This document shows positions 26,196-38,820 of a DNA stretch of 64,000 nt, one piece after another (within the stretch, counting starts at the first letter, position 1; every line of letters begins with the position of its first letter). The position numbers and the translations under genes were made by a program. The notes under the pieces are model-generated. The model worked only from the letters and a program-made list of their open reading frames with translations, did no database searches and was not told the DNA's origin. This DNA comes from Octopus sinensis (Eukaryota): positions 13,206,001 through 13,270,000 of the forward strand of contig NC_043020.1 in NCBI RefSeq assembly GCF_006345805.1, in the 5' to 3' direction.

Positions 26196-26249
26196 TAGAT
26201 AGCTAGATAGATGGACGAGGTGGCTGTAAAAGCTAGATACACAGGCTAA

Positions 26250-27705
26250 ATATTTCAGCATAGTTTCCACTGTTAGTGATGCAAGGTTTAATACACTTTG
26301 CAAGATTCAAATGAACCCAATTCAGTAAACTCCACATTTCCATCAATTTGAATAGATTCATTCATGACGTATTCCTTCAGATGATTCATATCTGTGATTA
26401 TCACTGAGAACACCGTCTCCTCCAGCACACCCCAGAAAAAGAAGTCGAAGGGACTAAAATCTGGATGATGCATGAGGAAGTCAAAAGTGTTGACATGCCC
26501 GAATCAGATGAGATGATTTTTTATCAATTTTTGGCAAAGTGCTGGTTATGGTATACCCGAGAGATTGTAGGGTGTTATGGCAATGTTGTTTGACCTCCCT
26601 CTCGACTATGATTCAGTTCCATTGATGAATAGCATTTTCATGGTTTCTACTATTAGAGTTGCAAAGTTTGATACATGCAAGGTTCACATGAACCTGAATT
26701 CCACCAATTTGAGCTCATTCATTCATGATATATTCCTTCAGATAATTCACATCTATGATTTTCATTGAGTATTACCCTCTCCTTCAACGTACCCCAGAAA
26801 AATAGATCAAAGGTATTAAAATCTGGATGATGCATGAGGAGGTCAGAAGTGTTGAAATGCCTGAATCAGATGAGAGGATTTTTATCAGTTTTTGGCAAAG
26901 TGCTGGTTATGGCGAACTCGAGAGATTCTATGGTGGTATGGAGACATTGTTTGACCTCTTTCTCGACTATGCTCCAGCTCCGTACGTAATAGTCCAACTA
27001 CATTACTCTTTCTTTTTTTTTTACTCTTTTACTTGTTTCAGTCATTTGACTGCGGCCATGCTGGAGCACCGCCTTTAGTCGAGCAAATCGACACCGGGAC
27101 TTATTCTTTGTAAGCCCAGTCTCTTTTGCTGAACCGCTAAGTGACGGGGATGTAAACACACCAGCATCGGTTGTCAAGCAATGCTAGGGGGACAAACACA
27201 GACACACAAACATACACACACACACTTATATATATATATACATATATACGACAGGCTTCTTTCAGTTTCCGTCTACCAAATCCACTCACAAGGCATTGAT
27301 CGGCCCGGGGCTATAGCAGAAGACACTTGCCCAAGATGCCACGCAGTGGGACTGAACCCGGAACCATGTGGTTGGTTAGCAAGCTACTTACCACACAGCC
27401 ACTCCTGCGCCATTGATGAATAACTTTTTCAACATGGTTTCTACCATCAGAGTTGAAAGTTTGATACGCTCTGAAAGATCCAAAGGAGCTCAATTCAGCA
27501 ACTGCACATTTCCATCACTTTGATCACATTCATCCATAAGGTGTTCCTTCAGGTGATTCATACCTGTAATTTTCACTGATTACACCGTCTCCTTCAGTAT
27601 ACCCCAGAAAAAGAAGTCAAGGAGACTAAAATCTGGTTGGTGAATGAGGAAATCAGAAGTGTTGAGATGCCTGAATCAGATGATTTTTTTTTACTAATTT
27701 TTGAC
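26250..27705 (-). mobile_element. Three tandem ~360-bp copies of an IS630-Tc1-mariner transposase C-terminal fragment
   Basis: HPDFSPFDFFFWGVLEETVFS..MNHLKEYV resembles the SPDLSPLDFFLWGYLK..LKE motif; units at about 26250, 26623 and 27412. Confidence 0.65.
27005..27411 (-). mobile_element. SINE family A
   Basis: Full-length reverse-complement match. Confidence 0.92.
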
Positions 27706-28117
27706 AGGAGTGGCTGTGTGGTAAGTAGCTTGTTTACCAACCACATGGTACCGGGTTCAGTCCCACTGCGTGGCACCTTGGGCAAGTGTCTTCTACTATA
27801 GCCTTGGGCCGACCAAAGCCTTGTGAGTGGATTTGGTAGACGGAAACTGAAAGAAGCCCGTCGTATATATGTATATATATATATATATGTGTGTGTGCAT
27901 GTATGTTTGTGTTTGTCCCCCTAGCATTGCTTGACAACCGATGCTGGTGTGTTTATGTCCCCGTCACTTAGCGGTTCGCCAAAAGAGACCGATAGAATAA
28001 GTACTGGGCTTACAGAGAATAAGTCCCGGGGTCGAGTTGCTCGATTAAAGGCGGTGCTCCAGCATGGCCGCAGTCAAATGACTGAAACAAGTAAAAGAGT
28101 AGAAGAGTAAAAGAGAG
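27703..28117 (+). mobile_element. SINE family A
   Basis: Full-length match. Confidence 0.92.
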
Positions 28118-28119
28118 TA

Positions 28120-28288
28120 CTTATTCCTTATTTCTTTATTGTCCACAAGGGGCTAAACATAGAGGACACAAACATAGAGGACACAAAGTCGACCTCAGCA
28201 GCATTTGAACTCAGACTATATAGATGGATGAAATTCTCCTAAGCGTTTTTCCCAGTGTGCTAATGATTCTGCTAATTTGCCATCTTAA
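28120..28288 (-). mobile_element. SINE family B, internally deleted
   Basis: Tail and head present, centre missing. Confidence 0.7.
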
Positions 28289-28600
28289 TGGCACGTAAAA
28301 AGCACCATCCGAATCGTGGCCGAAGCCAGTGCCGCCTCGACTGGCTTCCGTGCAGGTGGCACGTAAAATGCACCAATCCGACCGTGGCTGATACCAGCCT
28401 CGCCTGGCACCAGTGCAGGTGGCACGTAAAAAGCACCCACTACACTCACGGAGTGGTTGGTGTTAGGAAGGGCATCCAGCTGTAGAAACATTGCCAGATA
28501 AGACCGGAGCCTGGGGCAGCCTTCTGGCTTCCCAGATCCCTGGTCGAACCGTCCAACCCATGCTAGCATGGAGAACGGACGTTAAACAATGATGATGATG
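28289..28600 (+). mobile_element. SINE family C
   Basis: Three units, body, (GAT)n. Confidence 0.9.
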
Positions 28601-28717
28601 AATGGAACTAAATATTATAAGGTATTTCAACCACTCAGGGTGTGTCCACTTTTTAATCTTGGTTCAAATCTGACTTGTGATCAATAAAATAAAGGGCATT
28701 TATCTACTAAACTCAAT

Positions 28718-28954
28718 CTTATTTCTTTATTGCCCACAAGGGGCTAAACACAGAGAGGACAAACAAGGACAGACAATGGGATTAAGTCGATTACATCAAC
28801 CCCAGTGCATAACTGGTACTTAATTTATCGATGCCCGAAAGGATGAAAGGCAAAGTCGACCTCGGCAGAATTTGAACTCAGAACGTAACAGCAGACGAAA
28901 TACTGCTAAGCATTTCACCCGATGTGCCAACGTTTCTGCCAGCTCGCTGCCTTC
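28718..28954 (-). mobile_element. SINE family B, full length
   Basis: Matches the 36105 copy. Confidence 0.9.
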
Positions 28955-29334
28955 GAGCTCCATGGATGTTCTGTGATGTGTCTTTTTGGACTAGCAAAAA
29001 CTTCACCCATAACAGCTTCTTTTATTTCATCCATTAGAGCTGGTTGTCAGGAATGGGGTTTGCACAAGGCCTAACCTGGTTCTTTGATTTTCTTAAAACC
29101 TTTCCTTACTGTAGGGAAAGCACTGGTGGATGGGTGGGTGGTTGTACTTCTAGGATGTTGTGCATTGAAAGCATCTGCTCTTTGTTGCTATGACTACCCC
29201 TCATATTCACTGAGTAGTACCATTTCGGTTCCTTCTTCTTTAGAAAAACTCATTCATTCTGCCGAAGAAAAGACAAAAAGAAACAAAAGTATTAGTGATG
29301 TTTCCCATGTATCCATACTTTATAGTCTTCCTCT

Positions 29335-30002
29335 GTGTGTGCGTGTGAATATAATTGTGTGTGTGAATATAGTTGTGTATGCATGTGAATATAGTTGTGT
29401 GTGTGTATAGATATGTTTCTCTCTATAAATATAGATATGTTTGCATGTATGTGTGTATATATATAAATATAGATATGTTTTTGTGTGTGTGTGTATAAAT
29501 ATAGATATGTGTGTGTGTGTGTGTATAAATATAGATATGTTTGTATATGTGTGTGTGTGTATGTATATATATATATATATATTGATATGTTTGTGTATGT
29601 GTGTGTATAAATATAGATGTGTGTGTATACATAAATATAGATGTGTGTGTATGTGTATACATAAATATAGATATGTGTATACATAGAGATATGTGTATGT
29701 ATGTGTATACATAAATAGAGAGGTGTGTGTGTATGTGTATACATAGAGATATGTGTATGTATATACATAAATACAGATAAGTGTGTGTATGTGTATGCAT
29801 ATAGATATATGTATGGTATATGTATAGAGATATGTGTATATATATAGAGATATGTGTATATATGTATGTGTATATATAGAGGTGTATGTGTATATATAGA
29901 GGTATATGTGCATATATGTATTTGTATATGTATGCAAATGCATGGAAATATATATCGTATATGTTATGTGCGTGTGTATGTGTATATATGTGCATGTATG
30001 TA

Positions 30003-30034
<32 letters not shown>

Positions 30035-30050
30035 CACATGTATGTATAAT
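29335..30050. repeat. TA/TG low-complexity minisatellite
   Basis: Direct inspection. Confidence 0.9.
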
Positions 30051-30475
30051 GTGAGTGTATAATTGCAAGCTACCAAAGTAGTTAAGCTGTGAAAATTCTA
30101 ATATTTGGTAAGTGAAACAATCAGATAAAATTATTGAAACAAAAGGTCTTTATACGATCCCCCATGAACCAACAGTGAATAATAACATCTTGGCAACCCT
30201 GTACAGTGTGTGTGTGTTTATACAGTGTTGGGTGGAGAGAAAAAAAACCACAACCTGCATTGTTGCACTTGTAAAAAGAATTAAAAATTGTCTGTCTGTC
30301 TGTCTCACTGTTTGTGTGTCTAAACACACTGCGGTATTTTGTCCTTCCAAAAATGACAAGCGATTCTTAAACCCAAAGATTTCAAGATGGAAATCTGCTG
30401 ACTGAAATATTTCTAGAACCAACAAAGACTATTCCATCTTTGTTGATGGCATTTACATAGTCTCCAAGATACATG

Positions 30476-30872
30476 CACGCAGGAGTGGCTGTGTGGTAAG
30501 TAGCTTGCTTACCAACCACATGGTTCCGGGTTCATTCCCACTGCGTGGTACCTTGGGCAAGTGTCTTCTGCTATAGCCTCGGGCCGACCAATGCCTTGTG
30601 AGTGGATTTGGTAGACGGAAACTGAAAGAAGCCCGTTGTATATATGTATGTGCGTGTATATGTTTGTGTGTCTGTGTTTGTCCCTCCCAACATCACTTGA
30701 CAACTGATGCTGGTGTGTTTACGTCCCCATAACTTAGCGCTTCGGCAAAAGAGACCGATAGAATAAGTAGTAGGCTAACAAAGAATAAGTTCTGGGATCG
30801 ATTTGCTCGACTAAAGGCGGTGCTCCAGCATGGCCATAGTCACATGACTGAAAGAAGTAAAAAAAAAAAAAA
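30476..30872 (+). mobile_element. SINE family A
   Basis: Full-length match. Confidence 0.92.
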
Positions 30873-30998
30873 GCATAACGCATACACACACATGCACGCA
30901 CATGAACATATACATATGTGCACACATGCACACATGCTATCTGTTCCTACATTATTCTGAATTAATGGTTTGGTTTTACATGGCATTTGCTAATTATA

Positions 30999-31320
30999 TC
31001 TTTATATATAAAGCTGAAGTAGTCTGTGTGTGGCAGGTTTGCTAGCCTTCAACTAACTATCTCCTCTGAGACCCTGCGGTGCAAGTTGACCAAAATTGAG
31101 AGTATGACAGAAAAAGCCTTGCTCTTCATTCCATAGAAGAAAAAATTGAAATCGGACCATGTTAAGACTAAAATGGTGCTTTTTTTCTATGAAAATCCGT
31201 ATTTTTTACGATTTTTTGACAGCTGTGTATTTTTTGGTGTATGTCAACCAGAAAAATGTCCACTTAAAGAGAATAACAAGCTACATAATGCAAAATCTTT
31301 ACTTGTGGCCAATAAACCAG
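30999..31320 (+). mobile_element. Non-autonomous Helitron 5' part, truncated
   Basis: A|TCTTTATATATAAAG start; related to the 5' end of the 50443 element. Confidence 0.5.
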
Positions 31321-31321
31321 A

Positions 31322-31357
<36 letters not shown>

Positions 31358-31920
31358 CATGTGATGAAAACTCACTGCTTATTTTGCTGGTTATGACAGA
31401 AAGTGCCAGGGTGTCCGCAGCCAGCAGACTAAGGTGACTCTTGTTTACTGGTCATGCTTCAAGAACCCTGCGAAGAATTTTTGCAGTTCCAAGCAATGCT
31501 GAATTTTGTAGGTGTTCTACCTTCACACTTGCATCAATCTTTTTGAGCCATGCTTGTAGTTGAGTGCTGATACTTCCAAGTGCACTAATTACTATTGGTA
31601 TCATGTCTACTCTCTTCATTGACCACAAACCTTCATAGTACCCACTTCAAATCATCATAGTTGATTATTTTTTCTCCTTCTTTCCCTTTGATCCTGTTGT
31701 CACCAGAACATGCTATGTCGATGCTTCAAGAACCCTCCGAAGAATTCTTGCAGCTCCAAGCAATACTGATTTTTGTAGGTGTTCTACCTTCACACTTGTA
31801 TCAATCTGTTTGAGCCATGTTGGTAGTTGAGTGTTGATACTTACAAGTGCTCCAGTTATTATTGATATCACGTCTGCTCTCCTCATTGACCACAGCCTTT
31901 GTATTTCCCACTTCAAATAG
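31322..31920 (-). mobile_element. R4/Dong-like (RLE) LINE: two tandem 3'-end copies with (TAA)n tail
   Basis: KWEIQRLWSM..IITGALVSI..LQKSVLLGAARILRRVLEA (31916-31713) and a diverged copy (31705-31455) followed by 3' UTR and (TAA)n. Confidence 0.75.
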
Positions 31921-32014
31921 TTGTAGTTGTTTATTTTTTCTTTATTATTATTATTATTATTATTATTGTTATTATTATTATTATTATTATCATTATTATT
32001 ATTATTATCATTAT

Positions 32015-32260
32015 TGAATTGAATATTAATTCCAATATTTTAAATCCAGATTTGTCTCCGTTAACAGGGGTCGCCAGATCTACCTCACTCTTACAACTGT
32101 TCTCCCACCATCTCGCCATCTCGCCTGGTTTTGGGCAACCTCCCTTCTCGAGCCAACCCTCCCAATCTCCTCCTCCACTTGTCCTCATCCCCATTTTCTT
32201 TGGCTGACCTCGCTGCTCTTACCAGCTGTCCCACCAATTCCTCCAACCCCATCATCCCCA
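32015..32260 (-). mobile_element. RTE-like LINE extreme 3' fragment, frameshifted
   Basis: QRKW..QVEEEIGRVG.RREVAQNQARWRDG..VVRVR* followed by a short UTR and (AAT)n. Confidence 0.55.
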
Positions 32261-32263
32261 TCA

Positions 32264-32400
32264 AGGCAGCAAGTTGGCAGAATCGTTAACACACTGGGCA
32301 AAATGTTCACTGGTATTTCTTTTGGCTCTGTACTTTCTAAGTTCATATTCAACCAGTGTTGACTTTTCCTTTAGTCCTAACAAGCTCAATAAAGTACCAG
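32264..32400 (+). mobile_element. SINE family B, diverged head
   Basis: AAGGCAGCAAGTTGGCAGAATCGTTAAC. Confidence 0.65.
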
Positions 32401-32485
32401 TCATGCACTGAGGGTAACGTTAACAACTTATCATCCATTTCCACCAAAATTCCTGGCTTTCTGCCAAAATTTGAATTTGAATATA

Positions 32486-32894
32486 GACGTAGGAGTGGCT
32501 GTGTGGTAAGTAGCTTGTTTACCAACCACATGGTTCCGGGTTCAGTCCCACTGCATGGCACCTTGGGCAAGTGTCTTCTACTATAGCCTCAGGCCGACCA
32601 AAGCCTTGTGAGTGGATTTGGTAGACGGAAACTGAAAGAAGCCTGTTGTATATATGTATATATATGTATGTGCGTGTATGTTTGTGTGTCTGTGTTTGTC
32701 CCCCTAGCATTGCTTGACAACCGATGCTGGTGTGTTTATGTCCCCGTCACTTAGCGGTTCGGCAAAAGAGACCGATAGAATAAGTACTGGGCTTACAAAG
32801 AATAAGTCCCGGGGTCGATTGGCTCGATTAAAGGCGGTGCACCAGCATGGCCGCAGTCAAAATGACTGAAACAAGTAAAAAGAGAAAAAAGAGA
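32486..32894 (+). mobile_element. SINE family A
   Basis: Full-length match. Confidence 0.92.
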
Positions 32895-33235
32895 ATGTTA
32901 TTTTTATAGCAGTGAACTGACAGAATCGTTAGTGCTTGAAATAAATTGCCATTGCAGAAAGCCCTTCTTCTTCAGCCATATTCAGGACTCTGTTCCAAAT
33001 GCAGCAATATGCTGAGATGTTGATGACATCTTGTGATCAATAAGACTACAGTTAAATATCAATGGTCAAATATTGATTAGATGAATGGGAGGGGAGTGCA
33101 GTAGGTTAGATTGAGTCTAGTAGATGAAAAGCCCTTTATTTTATTGATCACAGTCGGATTACCTGTTATATCATTCATTAGTCATTATTATTCACTCCCT
33201 TCAAACATTCTACTCTTTTAATATTTCCATATAGT

Positions 33236-33646
33236 AAGGCAGCAAACTGGCCGAAACACTAGCATGCCAGACAAAATGCTTAGTGGTGTTTCGTCTATCG
33301 CTACATTCTGAGTTCAAATTCCGCCAAGGTTGACTTTGCCTTTCATCCTTTCGGGGTCGATTAAATAAGTACCGGTTACGCAATGGTCGATATAATTGAC
33401 TTAATCCGTTTGTCTGTCCTTGTTTGTCTGTCCTTGTTTGTCCTCTCTGTTTAGCCCCTTGTGGGTTGTAAAGAAATAGGTATTTCGTCTGTCTTTACAT
33501 TCTGAGTTCAAATTCCACCAAGGTCGATTTTGCCTTTCATCCTTTCGGGATCAATAAACTAAGTACCAGTTGCATACTGCGGTCAATCTAAACAACTGGC
33601 CCCTTCCCCAAAAAATTTCGGTCCTTGTGCCTAGAGTAGAAAAGAA
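33236..33646 (+). mobile_element. Two tandem SINE family B copies with different tails
   Basis: First ends GCCCCTTGTGGG..AAGAAATAGG; second ends CCTTGTGCCTAGAGTAGAAAAG. Confidence 0.85.
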
Positions 33647-33746
33647 TATGTTGAGATGTTTGCTCTGGGTTTTGCCCATTTCTAGTGTCAGTTTGTGTTT
33701 TCCCCTGATCAGAGGGCATGTAAACCTGTATAGTTGTGTACTATAT

Positions 33747-34066
33747 GAAGGTGCATGGCTTAGTGGTTAGGATATTTGGCTCACGATCGTAAGGTCGTGA
33801 GATCAGTTCCCGGCAACACACTGTGTCCTTGAGCAAGACACTTTATTTCACATTGCTGCAGTCCACTCAGCTGGCAAAAATGAGAAGTACCTGTATTTCT
33901 AAAAGCCAGCCTTGTCACACTCTTTGTCACGCTGAATCTCCTCGAGAACTACATTAAGGGTACACGTGTCTGGAATGCTCAGCCTCTTGCTGATTAATTT
34001 CACAAGCAAGCTGTTCTGTTGATTGGATCGATTGGAACCCTTGTCTTCGTAACCAGCGGAGTGCCA
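33747..34066 (+). mobile_element. SINE family D
   Basis: TGGCTTAGTGG A box, CCTTGAGCAAGACACTT CORE-like motif; tail shared with the 49781 copy. Confidence 0.85.
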
Positions 34067-34204
34067 TTGTACTGTGTAAATCTGTGCAATCTCATAGGCT
34101 GTGTATTTTGTATTGTGTTAAACTCTCTAGCCATGTTTTAATGTCCCTAGCTGTGTATATTATACTGTATAAACCTTGTGTAATCTTACAAGCTGTGTAT
34201 ATTA

Positions 34205-34872
34205 TCTCTCTATATATATAAAACTGAGAATGTGTGTCTGTCTGTCTGTCTGTTTCCCTAAAACTTGAGAACTACACAACCAATTTCATTCAAATTTTAC
34301 ACATGCCTTACTTAGGATCCAGGGAGTGTCATCGGCAAAAAATTTTTTTAACTTTTTGCCTAGGGCAAGCCCATAGCAATATCATATCTTCTCCACTATG
34401 ATTCCCTAAAACTTGAAAATTACACAACCAATTTCATTCAAATTTTACACATGTCTTACTTAGGGTTCATGTAGTTTCATGGGCAAAAAAAATGTTCAAC
34501 TTCTTGCCTGGGGCGAGCCCATAGCAATATCATATCTTCTCCACTATTTCAGTATTATGTGTTACGTCCCGGATAAAAATTTAAAATGTCCCCCCAGAAG
34601 TAGAGGTAGGCTGGTTTGAAGCCACACTTCTATACAAGAAGGAGAACAAGATACAATTGATCGACATTGCAAGAGACGGGCCTGCAATTCCAGTCTGTTA
34701 TATATTTTGAGTATTGTTATCACTAGCGATATCAAGATATAACTGTATTTTGTATTTTATGTGTAGATGTATATATATATATATAGATGTACACGTAATA
34801 TGTACATGTAATATGTACACATATATACATGCACTAGCACTATGACCCGGCAACGACGGGTCATAATGCTAG
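34205..34872 (+). mobile_element. Non-autonomous Helitron
   Basis: 5' TC..TATATATAAAA, 3' hairpin plus CTAG, inserted between A and T with no TSD; removal restores TATATTA|TACTGTATAAACC, as seen intact just upstream. Confidence 0.85.
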
Positions 34873-35726
34873 TACTGTATAAACCTTGTGTAATCTTACA
34901 AGCTGTGTATTTCATACTGTGTTAACCTCTCTAGCTGTGTGTATTATACAGTGTAAACCCAGACTGTGTGACCTTTCTACCTGTGTGACCTCTATCTGTG
35001 TTTATTGTTCTATATAAACCTAACTGTTAATATGTCTGTGTGTATTGTACTGTATAAATTTCTGATTAATTTCTGAAACCATTTACCAAATAAACCAGCT
35101 GGAAGCCATTAGTTTGTTATAATCAACATTGATCTCTACTAATTGTTCTTACTCTTAATGAGTCTGTTAATTGACGAACAATGTAAAACATTGCTGGTAT
35201 TTCTTGATGTTTTTATTTTTAGATAATTATTATTATTGTTGTTGTTGTTGTTGTTATTTATTATTTTTTTTTAACTATAACATGTAGGTTTGTACTGCGC
35301 CACCTGTTGTCTCCTCCTCTTCCATATCCCTGCACCTACATGCCCCTGCGTTGCCGTGCCCCTTCACCTGTAGTGTTTATTATCTTTCAGGAATATGTAT
35401 AGCTGTGTTTCTTACATCAGTTTCTCTTTGTTGTGGCTTTTTTGATGCTGTTGTTGTTGTTGTTTGTGGTGGTAATTTAGTATTTAATCTGTTGTGTAGA
35501 TCATATCTAGTGTCAAGTGTGTTGTTTTGTTGTTTGGTGGTTGTGTCTGATGTGTTTGACTGTGTTTGATTGTGTTTGAGGTTGTGTTGGGTGGTGATTG
35601 TCTATTCTGCAAAAACTGTCACAAGAAAGGTAAACCCTCTTAATTTCGCAACAACACCTTTCAAATCAATTCCATCACAGATTATTACTACTATTACTTC
35701 TACTAATATTGTACTGCTATCAGTTC

Positions 35727-35958
35727 TGCTGCTACTACTACTGTTAGTAGTTGTAGTAGTAGTAGCAGCAGCAGCAGCAGTAGTAGCAGTAGTAGTAGTA
35801 GCAGCAGCAGCAGTAGTAGTAGTAGCAGTAGTAGCAGCAGCAGCAGTAGTAGCAGCAGCAGTAGTAGCAGCAGCAGTAGTAGTAGCAGCAGCAGCAGTAG
35901 TAGTAGCAGTAGTAGCAGTAGTAGTATTAGCAGCAGCAACAGTAGTAGTAGTAGTAGT
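35727..35958. repeat. (AGT/AGC)n trinucleotide repeat
   Basis: Direct inspection. Confidence 0.95.
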
Positions 35959-36104
35959 GTATGCTTTATTACTTAGCAGGGATGTTATCTTGAAGCTTGG
36001 TTGCAACATGACTCCTCCAATCTGAAGAATCTTGCTTAGATTTCTTGCAAATTCAAGATTGCACTTTTCTGCAGGCCGGCTATGTGTGTCTCAGTTCCAA
36101 TACC

Positions 36105-36336
36105 TATTTCTTACTACCCACAAGGGGCTAAACATAGAGGGGACAAACAAGGACAGACAAACGGATTGAGTCGATTATGTCGAACCCAATGTGTAACCGG
36201 TACTTAATTTATCGACCCCGAAAGGATGAAAGGCAAAGTTGACCTCGGCGGAATTTGAACTCGGACCGTAACGGCAGACGAAATACGGCTACGCATTTCG
36301 CCCGGCGTGCTAACGTTTCTGCCAGCTCGCCGCCTT
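36105..36336 (-). mobile_element. SINE family B, full-length reference copy
   Basis: GGCGGCGAGCTGGCAGAAACGTTAGC head, GAGTTCAAATTCC B box, TTTGCCTTTCATCCTTTCGGGGTCGATAAATTAAGTACC central domain. Confidence 0.92.
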
Positions 36337-36934
36337 TCTCAATCTAGACTCAATCTAACCGACTGTCCTCCCCTCCCCTTCATCTAATCAATATTTGACC
36401 ATTGGTATTTAACTGTAATCTTTCCTGGCTTATTGATCACAAGATGTCATCAGAGTAGGTTTCATTGTAATATTACTAAACACCAACAGTAAAATAAGTT
36501 GCAGTTTAATCAACCAAAAAATTTATACAGCTTTTTTTTTTATTTTTATTTATTTATTTTTTTTATCCATTCGATATTGGTTCAATTCATTGAATCACAG
36601 CAAACAACAGAGGTGGAGACTGACAGGATTTTAATTCTAATGCTAATTAATCTTTCGTTGTCATTCTTCAAAGACCTTCTCAGTCAATTGGAAATTCTAC
36701 AGACTGAAAATACTATGTTTTTACCGTTTTCTATAGAGGAATCAAGTGATCAAACCAATTTGTATTCATTGGAAAAAGAAAGCTGATTTGTTGCAAAATG
36801 GTCCAGAATTTTCTGTTTTCTGATGGAATATTTCTCTGACCTAGCACTATAAAAAATTAAATTCACCATCTTGCTAAAATTTTAGATAAATTTTAATTTT
36901 TCCATGTCCAGCAGTTAGACCAGCTCTCTGTTAA

Positions 36935-37330
36935 TTTAGGTAATGAGTTAGACCAGGTCTATGTTAATTAATTAGACTTGGTCTATATTAGTTTAGGTAA
37001 TTAGTTAAACCAGATCTATATTGTTGTATGAATTAGACCACATCTATATTAGTTTAGGTAATTAGTTAGACCAGGACTATATTGATTTAATAGTTAAGCC
37101 ATGTCTATTATTTTTGGCAATTAGACCAGGCTTATGTTGATTCATTTTATTAGTTAGACTGGGTCTATATCAATTTAGATAATTAGTTATACCAGGTCTA
37201 TATTAGCTTAGGCAATTAGTTCGACTAGGCCTATATTGATTTAGTTAATTAGTTAGACCAGGTCTATATTTGTTTAGGTAATTAGTTATACCAGGCCTAT
37301 ATTGATTTCTGTAATTAATTAGACCAGGTT
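36935..37330. repeat. Degenerate ~33-bp minisatellite (TTAGTTAGACCAGGTCTATATT..)
   Basis: About 12 recurrences of the AGACCAGGTCTAT-like motif. Confidence 0.8.
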
Positions 37331-37510
37331 TCCTGAATTATAAATTTAAAATTTTGATATTTTACATAATTCTTATCTCTCTAATCCCAGAAATGCATTT
37401 TATTTTTTTGTCTTCGATTTTTCTCTCTTCAAGCTGGAAATTAATATTTTAAGGTCTGTTATTCTCAAATATATTTGGTTCACTTAATTTTTCAATAAAA
37501 TGATTTACAA

Positions 37511-37781
37511 CAGCGCCGCCTCAACTGGCTTCTGTGCCGGTGGCACGTAAAATACACCAATCCGACCGTGGCCGTTGCCAGCCTCGCCTGGCACCTGTGC
37601 AGGTGGAACGTAAAAAGCACCCACTACACTCACGGAGTGGTTGGCGTTAGGAAGGGCATCCAGCTGTAGAAACATTGCCAGATAAGACTGGAGCCTGGTG
37701 CAGCCTTCTGGCTTCCCAGATCCCCGGTCGAACCGTCCAACCCATGCTAGCATGGAGAACGGACGTTAAACGATGATGATG
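37511..37781 (+). mobile_element. SINE family C
   Basis: Units, body, (GAT)n. Confidence 0.9.
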
Positions 37782-37963
37782 AATAAGTATGGTTTACTGG
37801 CATTGTTTGGTAAACAGGGGACTGGATTGACGGTCAGTTCCTTTCAAAAGAATCCTGATAATAAATTTACCAAGTGTCTGATTTGAAATATTTCAGAATT
37901 TTTAGATTCAAATATATTGGTGTTGTAGAGACCAAAATAAATTTTATGAAAATGTTCAGTATA

Positions 37964-38147
37964 GGCGTAGGAGTGGCTGTGTGGTAAGTAGCTTGGCTTA
38001 CGAACCACATGGTTCCGGGTTCAGTCCAACTGCATGACATCTTGGGTAAGTGTTTTCTACTATAGCTTCGGGCCGACCAAAGCCTTGTGAGTGGATTGGT
38101 AGACGGAAACTGAAAGAAGCCTGTCGTATATATGTACTATATATATA

Positions 38148-38193
<46 letters not shown>

Positions 38194-38406
38194 GTTGGGT
38201 ATATGTTTGTGTGTCTGTTTGTCGCCCCCACCATCACTTGACAACCGATGCTGGTGTGTTTACGTCCCTGTAACTTAGTGGTTCGGCAAAAGAGACCGAT
38301 AGAATAAGTACTAGGCTTACAAAGAATAAGTCCTGGGGTCGATTTGCTCGACTAAAGGCAATGCTTCAGCATGGCCAGTCAAATGACTGAAACAAGTAAA
38401 AGAGTA
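37964..38406 (+). mobile_element. SINE family A
   Basis: Full-length match. Confidence 0.92.
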
Positions 38407-38425
38407 TAAGATGGTGAGACAATCC

Positions 38426-38612
38426 TTTATTATTTTGGGGCGGATAAATCAATTACATCGACCCCAGTGTTCAACTGGTACATAATTTATCGACCCGAAA
38501 GGATGAAAGACAAAGTCAACCTCAGTAGAATTTGAACTCAGAACATAGCAGCAGATGAAATACTGCTAAGCATTTGGCCTGGCATGCTAATGATTCTGCC
38601 AGCTTGCCACCT
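38426..38612 (-). mobile_element. SINE family B
   Basis: Head and central domain. Confidence 0.85.
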
Positions 38613-38688
38613 TAATTATAACAATAATATTATCATTATTTACATTATTTACATTCAACAAATATTTGTTCTCATCTTATTTGTTGTT

Positions 38689-38734
38689 AACACAACATTT
38701 CGGCTGATACAACCTCCAGCCTTCATCAGGTGTC
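38689..38734 (-). ncRNA. Minimal type I hammerhead ribozyme motif
   Basis: GACAC-CTGATGA-A-GGCTG(gaggttgtat)CAGCC-GAAA-TG-TT-GTGTT: intact core, 5-bp stems I and II. Confidence 0.75.
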
Positions 38735-38820
38735 TTGGGGAAATTTCAAACCTGGGTTCTCATTCCTAAGGTATTTTTCGATATTATTATTATTATTATT
38801 ATTATCGTTATTATTGTTCA

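Noticed and set aside
35416-35601. 186-nt stop-free minus-strand segment ending at a GTAAG donor
   Set aside because: Low complexity; the AG acceptors nearest the pyrimidine tract give frames with stops; insufficient for an exon call
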